A stretch of DNA of 63,740 nt, filler included, from Welwitschia mirabilis (Eukaryota): assembly GCA_051453625.1 (NCBI GenBank). It is 9 parts of one record of this genome, joined end to end, with 100 filler letters (N's around TTAATTAATTAA, not from the genome) between each part and the next. Parts side by side here need not be neighbours in the genome. Positions count along the whole stretch, not along the records: positions 25,866 to 31,800 come from JBOZIK010000001.1; positions 31,901 to 41,038 come from JBOZIK010000001.1; 7 more parts are not named here. One strand, given 5' to 3'. Every line of letters begins with the position of its first letter. The first letter of the stretch is position 1. Position numbers and translations under genes: made by a program. The notes under the pieces are model-generated. The model was not told the DNA's origin, did not search any database, and worked only from the letters and a program-made list of their open reading frames with translations. Below, piece after piece: positions 27,070 to 39,596 of this stretch.

Positions 27070-27235
27070 CCGGACGTCTCGACTTAGCATCAGGACGTCA
27101 CGAGTCTGGTAGTAACCCGGACGTCCCATCTCTGTTCTCGGACGTCCGACCTTTTCTGTTTGGCAAAAAAATAAGGGTTACAACCCGGACGTTCGTCCTC
27201 CAAAACCCGGACGTCCGCTCTTTAACACGGACGCA
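27070..27235. repeat. Array of (C)GGACGTC(CG) palindromes between pol and the extra ORF
   Basis: About six GGACGT(C) copies; equivalent arrays at 30541-30778, 44200-44330 and 53385-53485. Confidence 0.85.
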
Positions 27236-27358
27236 ACCCTAGTGGGACACCCACCTTTCTTTCCTTCCTTTTTAAAGGAATTTCTCCTCCCTTCTCCTCA
27301 TTTCTCTCCTGCCTTGCCTACCTTTCTTCTCTCTCTGAGTCTAGAACTTGGTTTCATT

Positions 27359-27900
27359 ATGGTCAAAAGCAAGATTGGAGTTCCTAGAAAGGGGAAAGAA
27401 CCCGAATCTAAGTCAGAGTGGTTCTTATCTCCTAAGCATAGAAAAGCTTGGTTCAATGGGTACAACAAGAGACTACTAGCTCTTCAACGGCAAATAGATT
27501 TCCAGTCTTTCAGAAGAGAGATCAGAATCTTTGACAAGTTTGAAGAACAAGGCTGATAATACGCATTAGACCCAGACACACGAGCTTCTATTAGAATGGT
27601 ACGTTTGTTTTATTGTAATGCCAATTTTCATTCCTCAAACTGGGTCATTACCACCAAAGTTTATAGTAGAAGAGTGGATGTAGACCTGGATTCAATTTCC
27701 CTTGTTATGAATTTTCTGAATGAAGGTCTATTCAGAGAAATTACATCAGTTAGCTCTTTGAAAGAAGCAGTTTCACTAGAAGTTTTGACAAATGAGCTTT
27801 GTGGGACTAACTTTCCATGGCGAGCCAACCTTCCCATGAACAAGTTGATATCGTTTTATCATTTTACATAATATTATTTCAGATTTCTACCAACCTTGTG
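27359..27900 (+). pseudogene. Sirevirus extra 3' ORF (env-like / putative plant transposon protein), copy 1, truncated
   Basis: MVKSKIGVPRKGKEPESKSEWFLS...QIDFQSFR...FEEQG**YALDPDTRASIRMVRLFYCN...; lies after pol and before the PPTs. Confidence 0.8.
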
Positions 27901-28311
27901 AATATCTCAATTTTGTTTTGTACATTTTAAACCTCTTTGTCGAGATAGTTCTTTCTTCAGCTTTTTATTATTGCAAATTAATCCCCAACCTTCAAATCCT
28001 TTTAGATAGCAATTATTGTTAAGAATCTCTTCAATATTAAGACCCATAACAAAAAAAAACACTAGTATAGAAACTTTCTTTTTTCTGCTTNNNNNNNNNN
28101 NNNNNNNNNNNNNNNNNNNNNNNNNNNNNNNNNNNNNNNNNNNNNNNNNNNNNNNNNNNNNNNNNNNNNNNNNNNNNNNNNNNNNNNNNNACTAGTATAG
28201 AAACTCTCTCCAAACTCTATTGTAATTTAACATGTAATGAATGCAATATTTTTCTTTCCCTCATCTCAAATTTCTTATGAGTTATTTTGTTCTTTAGTTT
28301 TCAATAATGAC

Positions 28312-28610
28312 AAAGGGGGAGAAGATACTAGATTGACAGATTGATATATTTACTTCAATCACGAAAGGAGGTCATAACATGTGTCTTACAATTCAGAAAT
28401 ATTGCGCCTATCTCTGACACTTCTCAGGCTATGCTTTATGCTTCTAAATTTGACAAAACACTACTGCACTAAACTCTCTGCAAAGACCTCTCGTTTGTTA
28501 TCATTTCATGCAGATCATAGGTCAATTAAGGAGTACAACTTTAGGGGGAGTAATCCGCCCTCTATCTTAACAAGTTCCTGAACAAGGTTATCATCATTGA
28601 AAAGGGGGAG
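28312..28610 (+). promoter_or_regulatory. Multiple polypurine tracts (Sirevirus hallmark)
   Basis: AAAGGGGGAGAA (28312), AGGGGGAG (28543) and AAAGGGGGAG-AT-TG (28601-28614). Confidence 0.85.
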
Positions 28611-28612
28611 AT

Positions 28613-29300
28613 TGTAGAAGAATTTGTGGAAGCATCCAAGGTTTCAATGATGTCTAAGTCTATGTATTGGCTTCACCAAAATCTTGAAAGTCTGAAGTTG
28701 TGCCAATCAGGACGTCTGACCTGTTATCCGTGACGTCCAACCCTGTACGCGATAAAATGTATGGGAACGTTCGAATATTGCTATCGAGACATCTGAACTT
28801 CTACGCGGTAAAATGTATGGGGACATCTGAGCTTTATTAATGGGATGTTCGGACCTGTACGCGGGAAGCATCTATGGGGACACCTAGACCTTGGAATGGG
28901 ACATCCGGGATCCTTCTTGGTTTTGACACAAGTCTGTCATTACCACTGGGATGTCTGGTCTAAAAGAATAGGACGTCCGGCTCAGTGAACGTTGAAGTGG
29001 AAGTATAACCGTTGCAGCAGCCAAAGAAACATCTTTTGAAATCCAAATGGCTAGGGTTGTGTGATAAACGGCTAGGGCTTCAAATCTGAGGCTCCAATAG
29101 CCACCTTGTTACCCTTAAGCTATAAAAAGCCAGCTCCTCATCTGGTAATTGCTAATGCTCCAAATGATTGTATGCACTAAACCCTGATATTCATGTACAA
29201 TTTAAACTTAACTAAGATATCTATTGTGTTTGCAGATCCTGCTATCATTTGCTGATGTTGTTGAGTAACCAGTCTGTTTCAATGATGAGGCGAAAAAATT
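28613..29300 (+). repeat. Sirevirus 3' LTR, 5' portion (U3 with palindromic repeats and TATA box)
   Basis: Starts TG two bases after the PPT; GGACGTC/GGACATC repeats at 28710-28980; TATAAAA at 29121. The 3' end was not found. Confidence 0.75.
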
Positions 29301-29369
29301 ATCCCCAAGTCAAAGTCCCAGCTCAAAATCTGGAAGCAATTTCAATCAAATAAACTCAGGCAAAATCTG

Positions 29370-29540
29370 GAAAATATACCGGGACGCTCGACCTTTTGTC
29401 TCAGGACTCCGACCTTTTGTCTTGGGACGTCCGACCCTGTAACCAGTAAAATATACCAGGACGTCCGATTTTTTGTCTCGGGACGTCCGACCCTATAACC
29501 AATAAAATATACTGAGACGTCCGACCTCTTATCTCGGGAC
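29370..29540. repeat. Higher-order tandem array built on GGGACGTCCGACC
   Basis: Alternating ~20-bp and ~35-bp units (GGACGTCCGACC-TTTTGTCTC / -CTGTAACCAGTAAAATATAC), interrupted at 29541 by a reverse SIRE LTR end. Confidence 0.85.
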
Positions 29541-29727
29541 TGTTAGGATCACAAATAACCTCGAAGGGGGGGGGGGGGGGTGAAAAGGGTTCTTAAAAAA
29601 AATTCTTTCAATAATCAATAATAAACCNNNNNNNNNNNNNNNNNNNNNNNNNNNNNNNNNNNNNNNNNNNNNNNNNNNNNNNNNNNNNNNNNNNNNNNNN
29701 NNNNNNNNNNNNNNNNNNNNNNNNNNN

Positions 29728-30462
29728 TTGGTATGGTCACAACACTAGTCTAGATCTTACAGGATATAGTGATGCTGCCTGGGCCGGTTGTGTTGATGAT
29801 CAAAAAAGCACAAGTGGTGCTTGCTTTTATATTGGCAACTGCCTGGTTTCATGGTCTAGTAGAAAGCAAACAACCACTTCTTTGTCCACAGCTGAAGCTG
29901 AATATATAGCGGCTGGATCTTGTTGTATTTAGTTGTTTTGGATGAACAAATGATGACCGATTTTGGTGTAAAGCCTGACAACGTTAAAATCTATTGTGAC
30001 AACACCAGTGCCATCAACATAACCAAAAATCTAGTTCAACATTCAAGAACTAAACATATAGACATCAGACATCATTTTATAAGGGAGCATGTTCAAAATA
30101 ATGATGTTTCTATTNNNNNNNNNNNNNNNNNNNNNNNNNNNNNNNNNNNNNNNNNNNNNNNNNNNNNNNNNNNNNNNNNNNNNNNNNNNNNNNNNNNNNN
30201 NNNNNNNNNNNNNNTTAAAATCTTTTGTGACAACACCAGTGCCATCAACATAACTAAAAATCCAGTTCAGCATTCTAGAACTAAACATATAGATATCCAA
30301 CATTATTTCATAAGGGAGCATATTCAAAATAATGATGTTACTATTGAATACATTCCCACTGAGCATCAAATTGCTGACACCATGACTAAGAGCTTGAATG
30401 AAGACAAATTTACCTTTTTTCATCATCGAGTTGGGTTGAGGGATCCTTCATCCTCAACATAA
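29728..30462 (+). pseudogene. Sirevirus/copia RNase H fragment
   Basis: GYSDAAWAGCVDDQKSTSGACF, SWSSRKQ, LSTAEAEYIAAGSC, CDNTSAINITKNPVQHSRTKHIDI, QIADTMTKSL. The two gap flanks overlap. Confidence 0.93.
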
Positions 30463-30992
30463 TTTAATAACTCAAAATATATTGCTCCTACATTTGTCGT
30501 CATTTGAACAAAATCCGTGTGGTACCTTTCTCCAGTTTTCCGGACGTCCCAGTTCCTTTTCTGGACGTCCTCCTATAAACTAAAACTGCTTTCACCGAAT
30601 GTCTTCTAGACATCCCTATGTTAGGTTCGGACGTCTGACTATAAGTAGACAAGCTTGATCCGAGTCAAGCTAGGACATCCCAACTTTAATCCTCGGACGT
30701 CCGATGTAAATTTTCTACTGGTGGGTTTTCCTTTTAAAACCCGAACGTTTGAGTTTTAAAAATCCCGGACGTCCGGACAAAAGGTGAATGTGACACTGCG
30801 GACGGCCCCACCTCTTTTTATTTGCTCATTTCATTCATTTTGTCATTTTTGACTTATCCTCGTCGCGTTCGCCCCCACCTCTTTTTATTTGCTCATTTCA
30901 TTTATTTTGTCATTTTTAACTTATCCTTCTGCCATCCTTCTCTCTGCCATCTTGTGCCTTTGAATCTATCCTGTCTTTCTTGCTCCTTTGTC

Positions 30993-31800
30993 ATGGTAAA
31001 ATCCAAGTTTTCTACCTCCAGGAAAGGGAAGGAACCAGCCTCAGAAGTAGAATGGTTTCTTTCTCCAGATCATCATAGAAATTGGCAAGGTTGCTTCTCT
31101 AAGAGGTCTCTAGCTCTAGAACGATGGATTGACTTTCATTGTTTTCGAGATGAGCTCCGGTTAGAGCTAAAATTCGCAGAACCATGGCGGATGTACGCTT
31201 TCAATCCAGACACAAAAGCTCCAGTTAAAATGGCACGTCTATTCTATTGCAATGGTTTATNNNNNNNNNNNNNNNNNNNNNNNNNNNNNNNNNNNNNNNN
31301 NNNNNNNNNNNNNNNNNNNNNNNNNNNNNNNNNNNNNNNNNNNNNNNNNNNNNNNNNNNNNNNNNNNNNNNNNNNNNNNNNNNNNNNNNNNNNNNNNNNN
31401 NNNNNNNNNNNNNNNNNNNNNNNNNNNNNNNNNNNNNNNNNNNNNNNNNNNNNNNNNNNNNNNNNNNNNNNNNNNNNNNNNNNNNNNNNNNNNNNNNNNN
31501 NNNNNNNNNNNNNNNNNNNNNNNNNNNNNNNNNNNNNNNNNNNNNNNNNNNNNNNNNNNNNNNNTTATGTGCCTACATCATGTTTTGTTTGGGTACAGGT
31601 GTTAGAATTAATCTTTGTAAGTTTGTTATGTCCTATATCAGTCAATTTTTCGTGCCAAGCCATTCTAGTCTTCCTTTCGGCGGTCTGATTACGGCTATCC
31701 TCGAGAATCATCAATTTGTCATCCAAAAATATGAGGAGTTAGTCAAAGTCCCCAAACCGCTTAGTTCATTTTCGCTTAAGAAAATGAACATTTTTCCAGA
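30993..31800 (+). pseudogene. Sirevirus extra 3' ORF, copy 2 (gapped)
   Basis: MVKSKFSTSRKGKEPASEVEWFLS...MARLFYCN / LCAYIMFCLGTGVRINLCKFVMSY...SLPFGGLITAILENHQF. Confidence 0.8.
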
Positions 31801-32292
31801 NNNNNNNNNNNNNNNNNNNNNNNNNNNNNNNNNNNNNNNNNNNNTTAATTAATTAANNNNNNNNNNNNNNNNNNNNNNNNNNNNNNNNNNNNNNNNNNNN
31901 TCCTTGCATCTATCATTGTACAAAGATCATATTAGTTTGATATCAATTGGCAACATAAAATCTTAACAGTCGCTTCCTTAATTAAAAAATAAGGAAGAGG
32001 ATGGTCATTTTGGCAGGAGGCAAGAAGGTTGAATGGGGTGCAACTCATGTTAGAACAATTCTCAAATGGAATTAAGTTCACATTATGCAATACACAGATG
32101 AGATTTCTATGTGAGTAGCACACAATATCAATACTCCTTTTTGGCTATTGGGGAAGTCTTGAGGGGCAAGGATGTTCACAAAATCAAGATTTGATGCTGC
32201 TACTCTTCTTCTAGGGATTTTGAAGTGGACATTATGAGATTGTGTGTTGTTGAATGCTTGCTTTTGATCTAGAAATATAGGTTTTCTTTCTA

Positions 32293-32760
32293 TGTGATGG
32301 ATTTATAAGGTGTAATAGAATGTATTTTGCACACTAGCAAGATCTGAAAATGAGCAACCCACTAATAATGCAACAAAGATTTTAAGTAGCTTGTTGAGGG
32401 ATAGGAAAGAGAAAGGTGCATAGTGTGCAATGTTGTGAAAACAAGCAAAGAAAGCAAAAAAGAAAACAACCAAGCACACAAACAAGCTTTAGGCCCTTTT
32501 TACTCCACTTCCTTGAACCAACATAGAGCTCTACTACATCAATTGCCAAACCAGCAGTCACAAGGAACAAAAGCCGTCCCTCTAGCTCAAGCCACAAGCA
32601 TAGGCAAGATTGCACATGACTCCAACCGGAGTCACACCCTTATAGTGAACCCCTACCCTCCTTTTATAGCCTTTGGGATTGATACTAAGCCTGATACGTA
32701 CATAGAGTCACTTTTAATGTAAAAGGATAAATATAAGATTTGGCCTCATAATAACTAACA
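32293..32760 (-). repeat. Probable solo LTR (468 bp)
   Basis: TG...CA termini, flanks TTCTA / TCCTA (4/5 TSD match), and a reverse TATA (CTTTTATAG) at ~32661. Confidence 0.5.
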
Positions 32761-33240
32761 TCCTATTCCTTGGCTTCTTAGTGATACCAATTACTGCATA
32801 GAAGATTTTCATTTTTATTTTTTTAATTCTCTCTCTCTCTCTCTCTCTNNNNNNNNNNCTATTTGTGTGTGTGTGTGTGTGAGTTTGTTTTTTTTTCTCT
32901 CTTCTTTTTTTCTTTGGATCAATTCAATGCATGAGAAATCATACTACACTCGCCAGGGTCATTGGTCCACTTGGTGAAGTGGAAGCCCATAGGTGGCATT
33001 TGCCAGTGTAAGGGCTAACCACCAAATGTTGAGGTCCCATTAATTATTCATACCCAAGACATTAAAGCTTCTAATTGATAAATGGGTGTTAAGCCAACTA
33101 CTTGATGCGCCCACTACCGAGAAGATGATAAAAGGTAAATAAAATGTCATTTATTGCTTTTCAAGTACTTCATTAAAAAAAAGGTAAAAAACCTTTGTTG
33201 TTAATGGTATTAATTGTCTACATAGAAGCAATGTGCTTTC

Positions 33241-33243
<3 letters not shown>

Positions 33244-33289
<46 letters not shown>

Positions 33290-33290
33290 C
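33244..33290. repeat. (CT)n microsatellite (further CT/GT tracts at 32828-32881)
   Basis: Direct reading of the sequence. Confidence 0.9.
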
Positions 33291-34911
33291 CCCCTGCCCC
33301 CCTTCTCCTTCTTGTTACCCCATGAGAAAATTGTTTTTGTAAAGATGGCGTAGAATATGAAGAAAGCACCTATGTCCGATAATGTGTAATAAGAAAATTT
33401 GGAATGACATGGACACTTGAAAAGGTTGCTTTAAGGTGATGTGAAATTGAAGTTGGATGTTATAATATATATCTCCTTAGTGGCAAGGTTGATCCCCTTA
33501 ATTGGATCTTGATTAGTCTACTTAGCTAGAGTCAAAGCACCTCCAATAGTGATTGTAGAAGTGAGGAAGATAGTCAATCAAATGAGGAAATATAATACCT
33601 CTACTGAAGCAAAAGGAAAGGCTTCCTAAAATTATGTGAAGTGCAGTATGAGATGAAGACCATGTAGAGGACGTTATACCCTTGACCAATTAACATGCAG
33701 ACCATAAAGGTCAATAAAATGCTTGTGTATGTGGTAGTGTTAAAATGTTGTAAGATGTTTGGCATGAAATGGAATAGCGCATACATCAAGTTGGAGACGT
33801 TAAAATGTTGTCATTAAGAGGGGATTGTTGACTTATGTTGGCACGAGTAGTGATAACATTTTAAAAGGTCATAAATTAATGGTTAAAGATAAGGAGGGTG
33901 AGGGATATTATATATTTAGAGAATCATAAAGAAGAGAGATTATGAAATGGTTTCTTAAATCCTAAATGAGTTATGAGTTGGTTGAATCAAAGGGTTGAAT
34001 AAAAGCCAAGAATTATTAATGAAATCTTGTCTCACAATTTGCCCCAGTTCGGCTTGGGGTGGGGTCTTTTTCATTTCTTAAATAGTTTTCTTTGTAATTT
34101 TTTTTTGCAATGGTTCAATCAATTTTGAAATATTTTGAGTTAATGCTATGAATTTATATTCTTCAAGGCCCTTATAGTACCCTTGGTTGTAAACTAGACC
34201 AGAACCTAAAGGGATATTGTCCTACACTCTAGTTCAAGCCCATGCCAATAATAGCCTAACCAACAACTGACACTACATGGCAGTGAATAGGTAGGGAACC
34301 ATGTCAATTCTGAGTGGAATGTGAAATAGGGAAGAAGGTGCAGGTTTTTACAATTACACATGGATGAGTGAGGGGTAGAGATGATGTGTTTGTCTAGTTA
34401 CTGGAAGAATTCTTCTTTCTAACCCATCCCAAAGGGATGCAGTTTATAGTGAGAACAGTGTTCCATTCTTCATGTCCCTCATCTAAAAGTTAATTAATGG
34501 ATTATGATATGTTAATTAAGTTAATAATGCATTAGTTTCTAAAGCAGACATTACATCACTACACATTGATCATATGGCACATCAATTTTGTACAAGTTTT
34601 TGTGTTTTGGTTGTAGAATATTTAACTTCTTTTTGATATCAAGATGAAAAAATCCATTTATGTCCGAATCAGTAACAACAATGAGACCGTTAAGTGTTTT
34701 CTACTAATTATGTTAATGCAAAGTTCATAATTTTTTATTATCAATGTCAATTTCTATTACATGTTCACAATTTCTATTTATGATAAGGTTTAATCAAGTT
34801 TTTTGGGATTAGTCTACATTTAAGATCTTGGTTTTCTATCAAAATCCATTATTGAAGCGTCGAAATTTTAATAATTGTCTGTCAAGAACTAACAACTTTG
34901 ATTATTTGTAG

Positions 34912-35024
34912 GATTTTGTTGTGAGGAACGACATGGGTTGTGGCTCAACAATTGGTCCTATATTGGCATCAGGTGTTGGTATTCGCACTGTAGACTGTGG
35001 CATTCCTCAGCTTTCAATGCATAG
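34912..35024 (+). CDS. Internal exon of aspartyl aminopeptidase (peptidase family M18, DNPEP/AAP-like), near the C-terminus
   Basis: T-rich acceptor ...TTATTTGTAG| and donor |GTATTC. The 113 nt translate without stops to [37 protein letters not shown](S), containing the M18 signatures CGSTIGP and QLSMHS (metal-ligand His). Not in the supplied ORF track. Confidence 0.95.
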
Positions 35025-37464
35025 GTATTCATGTGGTTAACACTTTTTTACCAGTTGTCATTGATGATATTTTGAAGCCCTAGCTAAATAAACATAGTTT
35101 CATTTGGCTTTTCATTTTTCATTTTGGTCCATATTTTATTTGTGAAATATATTACATAATGTGTTTGAGTTAGAGTTTAGTAATTTACTCTTATTTATTC
35201 CTTCATAAATCTTAAATGTGGAAATGTTAACTTAGGATGATGCATACTATATATTACATTCTTTCTTTTGGTACTCACAAGAGATAAATCAACAGAATTC
35301 CTTTGAAGATTTATCATAAACCAAAGATTATTGAGCTTGATTGTAAATACATCCATCATTTCTATAACATTTATTCAATCATGACGACAACTCAAGTGTC
35401 TTTTGACATTTTTGATTGATTAATGATTTAGTGTTGATCATATACTTAGAAACGAAAATTCTAGTTCATGATGGCACACTTATTTGGGCATCTCCTATTA
35501 TTATCATGGCACATCAAGCATCTCAGTTTGGGAGGCTTCAACCCATCCAATGCTTTATGAGGGGTTCTCCTTCCCTTCATGCAAATACAACCAACTACGT
35601 CATCTGAAAATTCATATTATGGAACCTCTTGATAGCATATGTATTGACCATGGTCGAATAGAATGACATGCAACAACGGAATCCTTACCAAATAATGCTA
35701 CTCATATATATATATATATATTGTAATGCAAGTCTGTATGTTACAAACCCAACCAACTGCTTCACAGTTTATTTGATCCAAGACTATATTCATAAGCACA
35801 AGGGAAGGGGAAACCTTTGAGGATACCACAATCATTTCCTTTTGTAGTTTTGTCCTTCTAGGTCCTTCACGTTTGCCCTTCCTAGGTCAATTGCTAGATT
35901 GACAGGCCACTCTTGCCACCTAGAGTTGAATGGTGGTAGGAGCCAAAGCATTGTGAGGAATTTTATCAAAGCATTTTGCAACATCCATAGTTATTATATG
36001 TCTGTGTATAGTGAGCTCAACCCTTTTACCACAGCAAGCACTTTAGCATAGTTGTGCTTGGGTCTATGGGCCCACCCAATTATGTTTGAAGAAGTGCAAT
36101 GTTTCTAGCACTAGTAGATCCCAAGGGTGGGGGAGAGTCAATGATCACATGCCACTCTTACCTTCCTTCTTTGGAATTCAAACTCATCTCATTGGGCTAG
36201 AGCGGAGTTGGCTTGTCTATTGATCCACCCTTGCGAGTGCGTTTGCCTGGTGCTGACATGCACCTTGTTCCATCTAAAATAGTAAAACACATGTAATAAT
36301 TCACATAAAGCTAGGGCTTACCACTACTCAAGCTTGTTATGTATGAGTTGCGTATAGTGTTGAATTCCTTTTCTCTCTTCCATCGCCACATAGAACTTAG
36401 GTGCCTTGCTCATAAAGACTCGTTTGTTGCTTAGGACATCTTCATTGTCTTGATTGATTCTAGGCCCCCCAACCATGTATGGGATGTTACCATTGGTTTC
36501 ACATTAATACCAGATTACTTCAAATTGATGGTGAAGACAAGGACCTCATGCATATGGAAATTGGCAGCTATTTGTATAGGCTTCCTTGTGTACTTTTGAA
36601 AGTGCAAGCTAGGCTTGCTCTATTTTGTGCCAAACCTACACCGCATCAACTGTAGAACCTACACCGCATCAACTACACCCCCCCCCCCTCCCCACCAAAA
36701 CTCCTACAACCTTGTACGTGGAGGTGGGGGTACCTCCCCTTCTATGCTCATGTACTTGCCTCAACATTGCCTTCATATGACCACCAATGGATAATGCTTT
36801 GATGCTAATGTTCTAGTGTACATATAGGAGCAACATAGGTTCACTAATTCCATAGCGATAATTGCATGGCAAAAACCTACTTTTGAACTAATTGAAAAAC
36901 AAGTGAGATACTGTTGCAATTAGTCAAATAAGCATGCACTTCCCATTGTTAGGTCATAACAATTGCAAGCAATTGAGCATACATGCTTGTGTGCGATAGT
37001 TTCATCGCAAGGAAGTGCTAAGCTCTTATCGCCCACCGCATTGGGAACATTTCCGTTCATGGAATGCTTTGCTAGTAGTAAGCTTGCGAGAAACCCCGTC
37101 TAGAGAAAATGTGCCATTCATTACCCCATTAGACAATGTAATAAACAACAAAGGAACATATAGGTGTAATTAGCAATAAACTGACCCTAGCATATTGTAC
37201 CCCCATCATTATAAAAGCCATTTTATAGGGAGAACTAACTAGTAATAACAGAAGCACAACATTCGAGGATGTACTCATATCATCACATATATGACATAAT
37301 CATGAAAGGGACGAGTCCTACAAATAGAATGGGGTGTACCCAATGACAACTATGACACAATGGCAGAATTATGGCAAGCTATGTGATGGGGCATATCCCA
37401 CAAAGCAGAATGGACATGTGGCATATAGGTAGCCATGCAGAGACAAATGCTAGTACCTAGTATC

Positions 37465-37773
37465 CAATGATTAAAATGTCGCGACATGTTGCCAAAAAAG
37501 GACGATATGTCTCCCTTTTTTCAAATTGAAAATGTCTTTAAGTCGGCTGACATTTTCAGCCGACATTTTGAAAAAGTTGGCGGCATTTCCGACTTTTTGC
37601 CGACATTTTGCCGACTTTTTCAAAATGTCTCCCATAGGTACCATTAAAATTGTTTTCTGGCAAAAAAAAAAAACCATTTTCTGCGCAATAGACCAGTGAA
37701 CAATGAGAAAAATCGAGGGGAAAAATCACAATTTTCTTATGAAAAATCCATTTTTGCTAGTAGAGAATTTATT
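37465..37773. mobile_element. Probable DNA-transposon (hAT/MITE-like) terminus with CCGACATTTT subterminal repeats
   Basis: Cluster of CCGAC/GTCGG motifs in both orientations at 37478-37625. The other end is lost in the N gap, so no TSD can be tested. Confidence 0.45.
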
Positions 37774-39596
37774 NNNNNNNNNNNNNNNNNNNNNNNNNNN
37801 NNNNNNNNNNNNNNNNNNNNNNNNNNNNNNNNNNNNNNNNNNNNNNNNNNNNNNNNNNNNNNNNNNNNNNNNNNNNNNNNNNNNNNNNNNNNNNNNNNNN
37901 NNNNNNNNNNNNNNNNNNNNNNNNNNNNNNNNNNNNNNNNNNNNNNNNNNNNNNNNNNNNNNNNNNNNNNNNNNNNNNNNNNNNNNNNNNNNNNNNNNNN
38001 NNNNNNNNNNNNNNNNNNNNNNNNNNNNNNNNNNNNNNNNNNNNNNNNNNNNNNNNNNNNNNNNNNNNNNNNNNNNNNNNNNNNNNNNNNNNNNNNNNNN
38101 NNNNNNNNNNNNNNNNNNNNNNNNNNNNNNNNNNNNNNNNNNNNNNNNNNNNNNNNNNNNNNNNNNNNNNNNNNNNNNNNNNNNNNNNNNNNNNNNNNNN
38201 NNNNNNNNNNNNNNNNNNNNNNNNNNNNNNNNNNNNNNNNNNNNNNNNNNNNNNNNNNNNNNNNNNNNNNNNNNNNNNNNNNNNNNNNNNNNNNNNNNNN
38301 NNNNNNNNNNNNNNNNNNNNNNNNNNNNNNNNNNNNNNNNNNNNNNNNNNNNNNNNNNNNNNNNNNNNNNNNNNNNNNNNNNNNNNNNNNNNNNNNNNNN
38401 NNNNNNNNNNNNNNNNNNNNNNNNNNNNNNNNNNNNNNNNNNNNNNNNNNNNNNNNNNNNNNNNNNNNNNNNNNNNNNNNNNNNNNNNNNNNNNNNNNNN
38501 NNNNNNNNNNNNNNNNNNNNNNNNNNNNNNNNNNNNNNNNNNNNNNNNNNNNNNNNNNNNNNNNNNNNNNNNNNNNNNNNNNNNNNNNNNNNNNNNNNNN
38601 NNNNNNNNNNNNNNNNNNNNNNNNNNNNNNNNNNNNNNNNNNNNNNNNNNCCACCTAATTGGACAATCCCTAGGTCATTAGAGGGTTAGTTGATTGAGAT
38701 AGTTACCCCCGAAGGAAGAGGAGATCTTTTGGACACTCATGCCTATCATGTTGGCCTAGTACGAAGGGACGACTGAAACGACTACTTGGGGTTGAAGCAT
38801 TAGGTCACACTAACCCTCGAAACCCATGTTGAAATGGGTTTTGTATTTGCGATTGGGGAACAAACTTGTCAAACATGTCTTGTAACAAAGCGCTTTATGT
38901 CATTAGAATGTGTGTAGCAGGGGTGACTGTGAGACTTCATTTCACCTGTACTGTACAACATTAAGCCTAAACGGTTTGTGCATTAGAGAAAGTTCCACGA
39001 TTTTGTCGTGTATATAGGTGGGTAGGTAGGAAGGTAGGAAGCTAGGAAACATGCACAATTCCATCTTTCAGATTTGATATCACTTTCTAGTCATAAGATT
39101 AAGCCTCATTTGCATGTTGTTTTTAAGGAAATTTCCATTTTAGTGCATGAGCTTAGAGTCTTCTATGTCAACCCTCCTTTGTTACAGAGAGGTAGAGAAG
39201 GATGCCAGCCTTTGTCTTATGTAGTTCTAGCATTGTTTGAGTATCCCATTGTTGATGTAATTTTCCTTCCCTACATTCACCTAAGGATTAGGTTTGAGGC
39301 AACAAGTTATGATCTATTGTTTAGACAGTTAATTGTAATTATTATAGGGATGCAAGTAAGAAAACGTTCTCCACAACTAACTATGACCCCCAATTATTCA
39401 CTAGGAGGAAGCCTTAAATTTTGCCAAGTAGAACTTTAAATGCTTTAAAATCAAAAGATTTAACCTAAGGATTAAAAAAGCTATTTTAATTTTAACATGT
39501 GGTCCAAAGGTAACTACTAAATTTTAAAATTATCAAATCAGAAAGATAAAATTATAGAGAAAATAGTCCTAACTTAAGACAATGCATCCTATAATT

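Noticed and set aside
29370..29540. CRISPR-like repeat-spacer appearance of the GGACGTCC arrays
   Set aside because: The spacers are themselves repeated, there are no cas genes, the context is eukaryotic TE, and the motif is explained by Sirevirus repeats.
33390..34000. Possible RTE-type LINE 3' remnant upstream of the exon
   Set aside because: Only vague motif echoes (e.g. VKML, DHVE); I could not build a consistent reading frame.
36060..36240. Possible tRNA-derived SINE (reverse B-box-like GGAATTCAAACTC at ~36172)
   Set aside because: No convincing A-box, tail or TSD.
38754..38772. CCTAGTACGAAGGGAC resembling the LSU rRNA sarcin-ricin loop
   Set aside because: The match is short and imperfect, with no flanking rRNA similarity that I can recognise.
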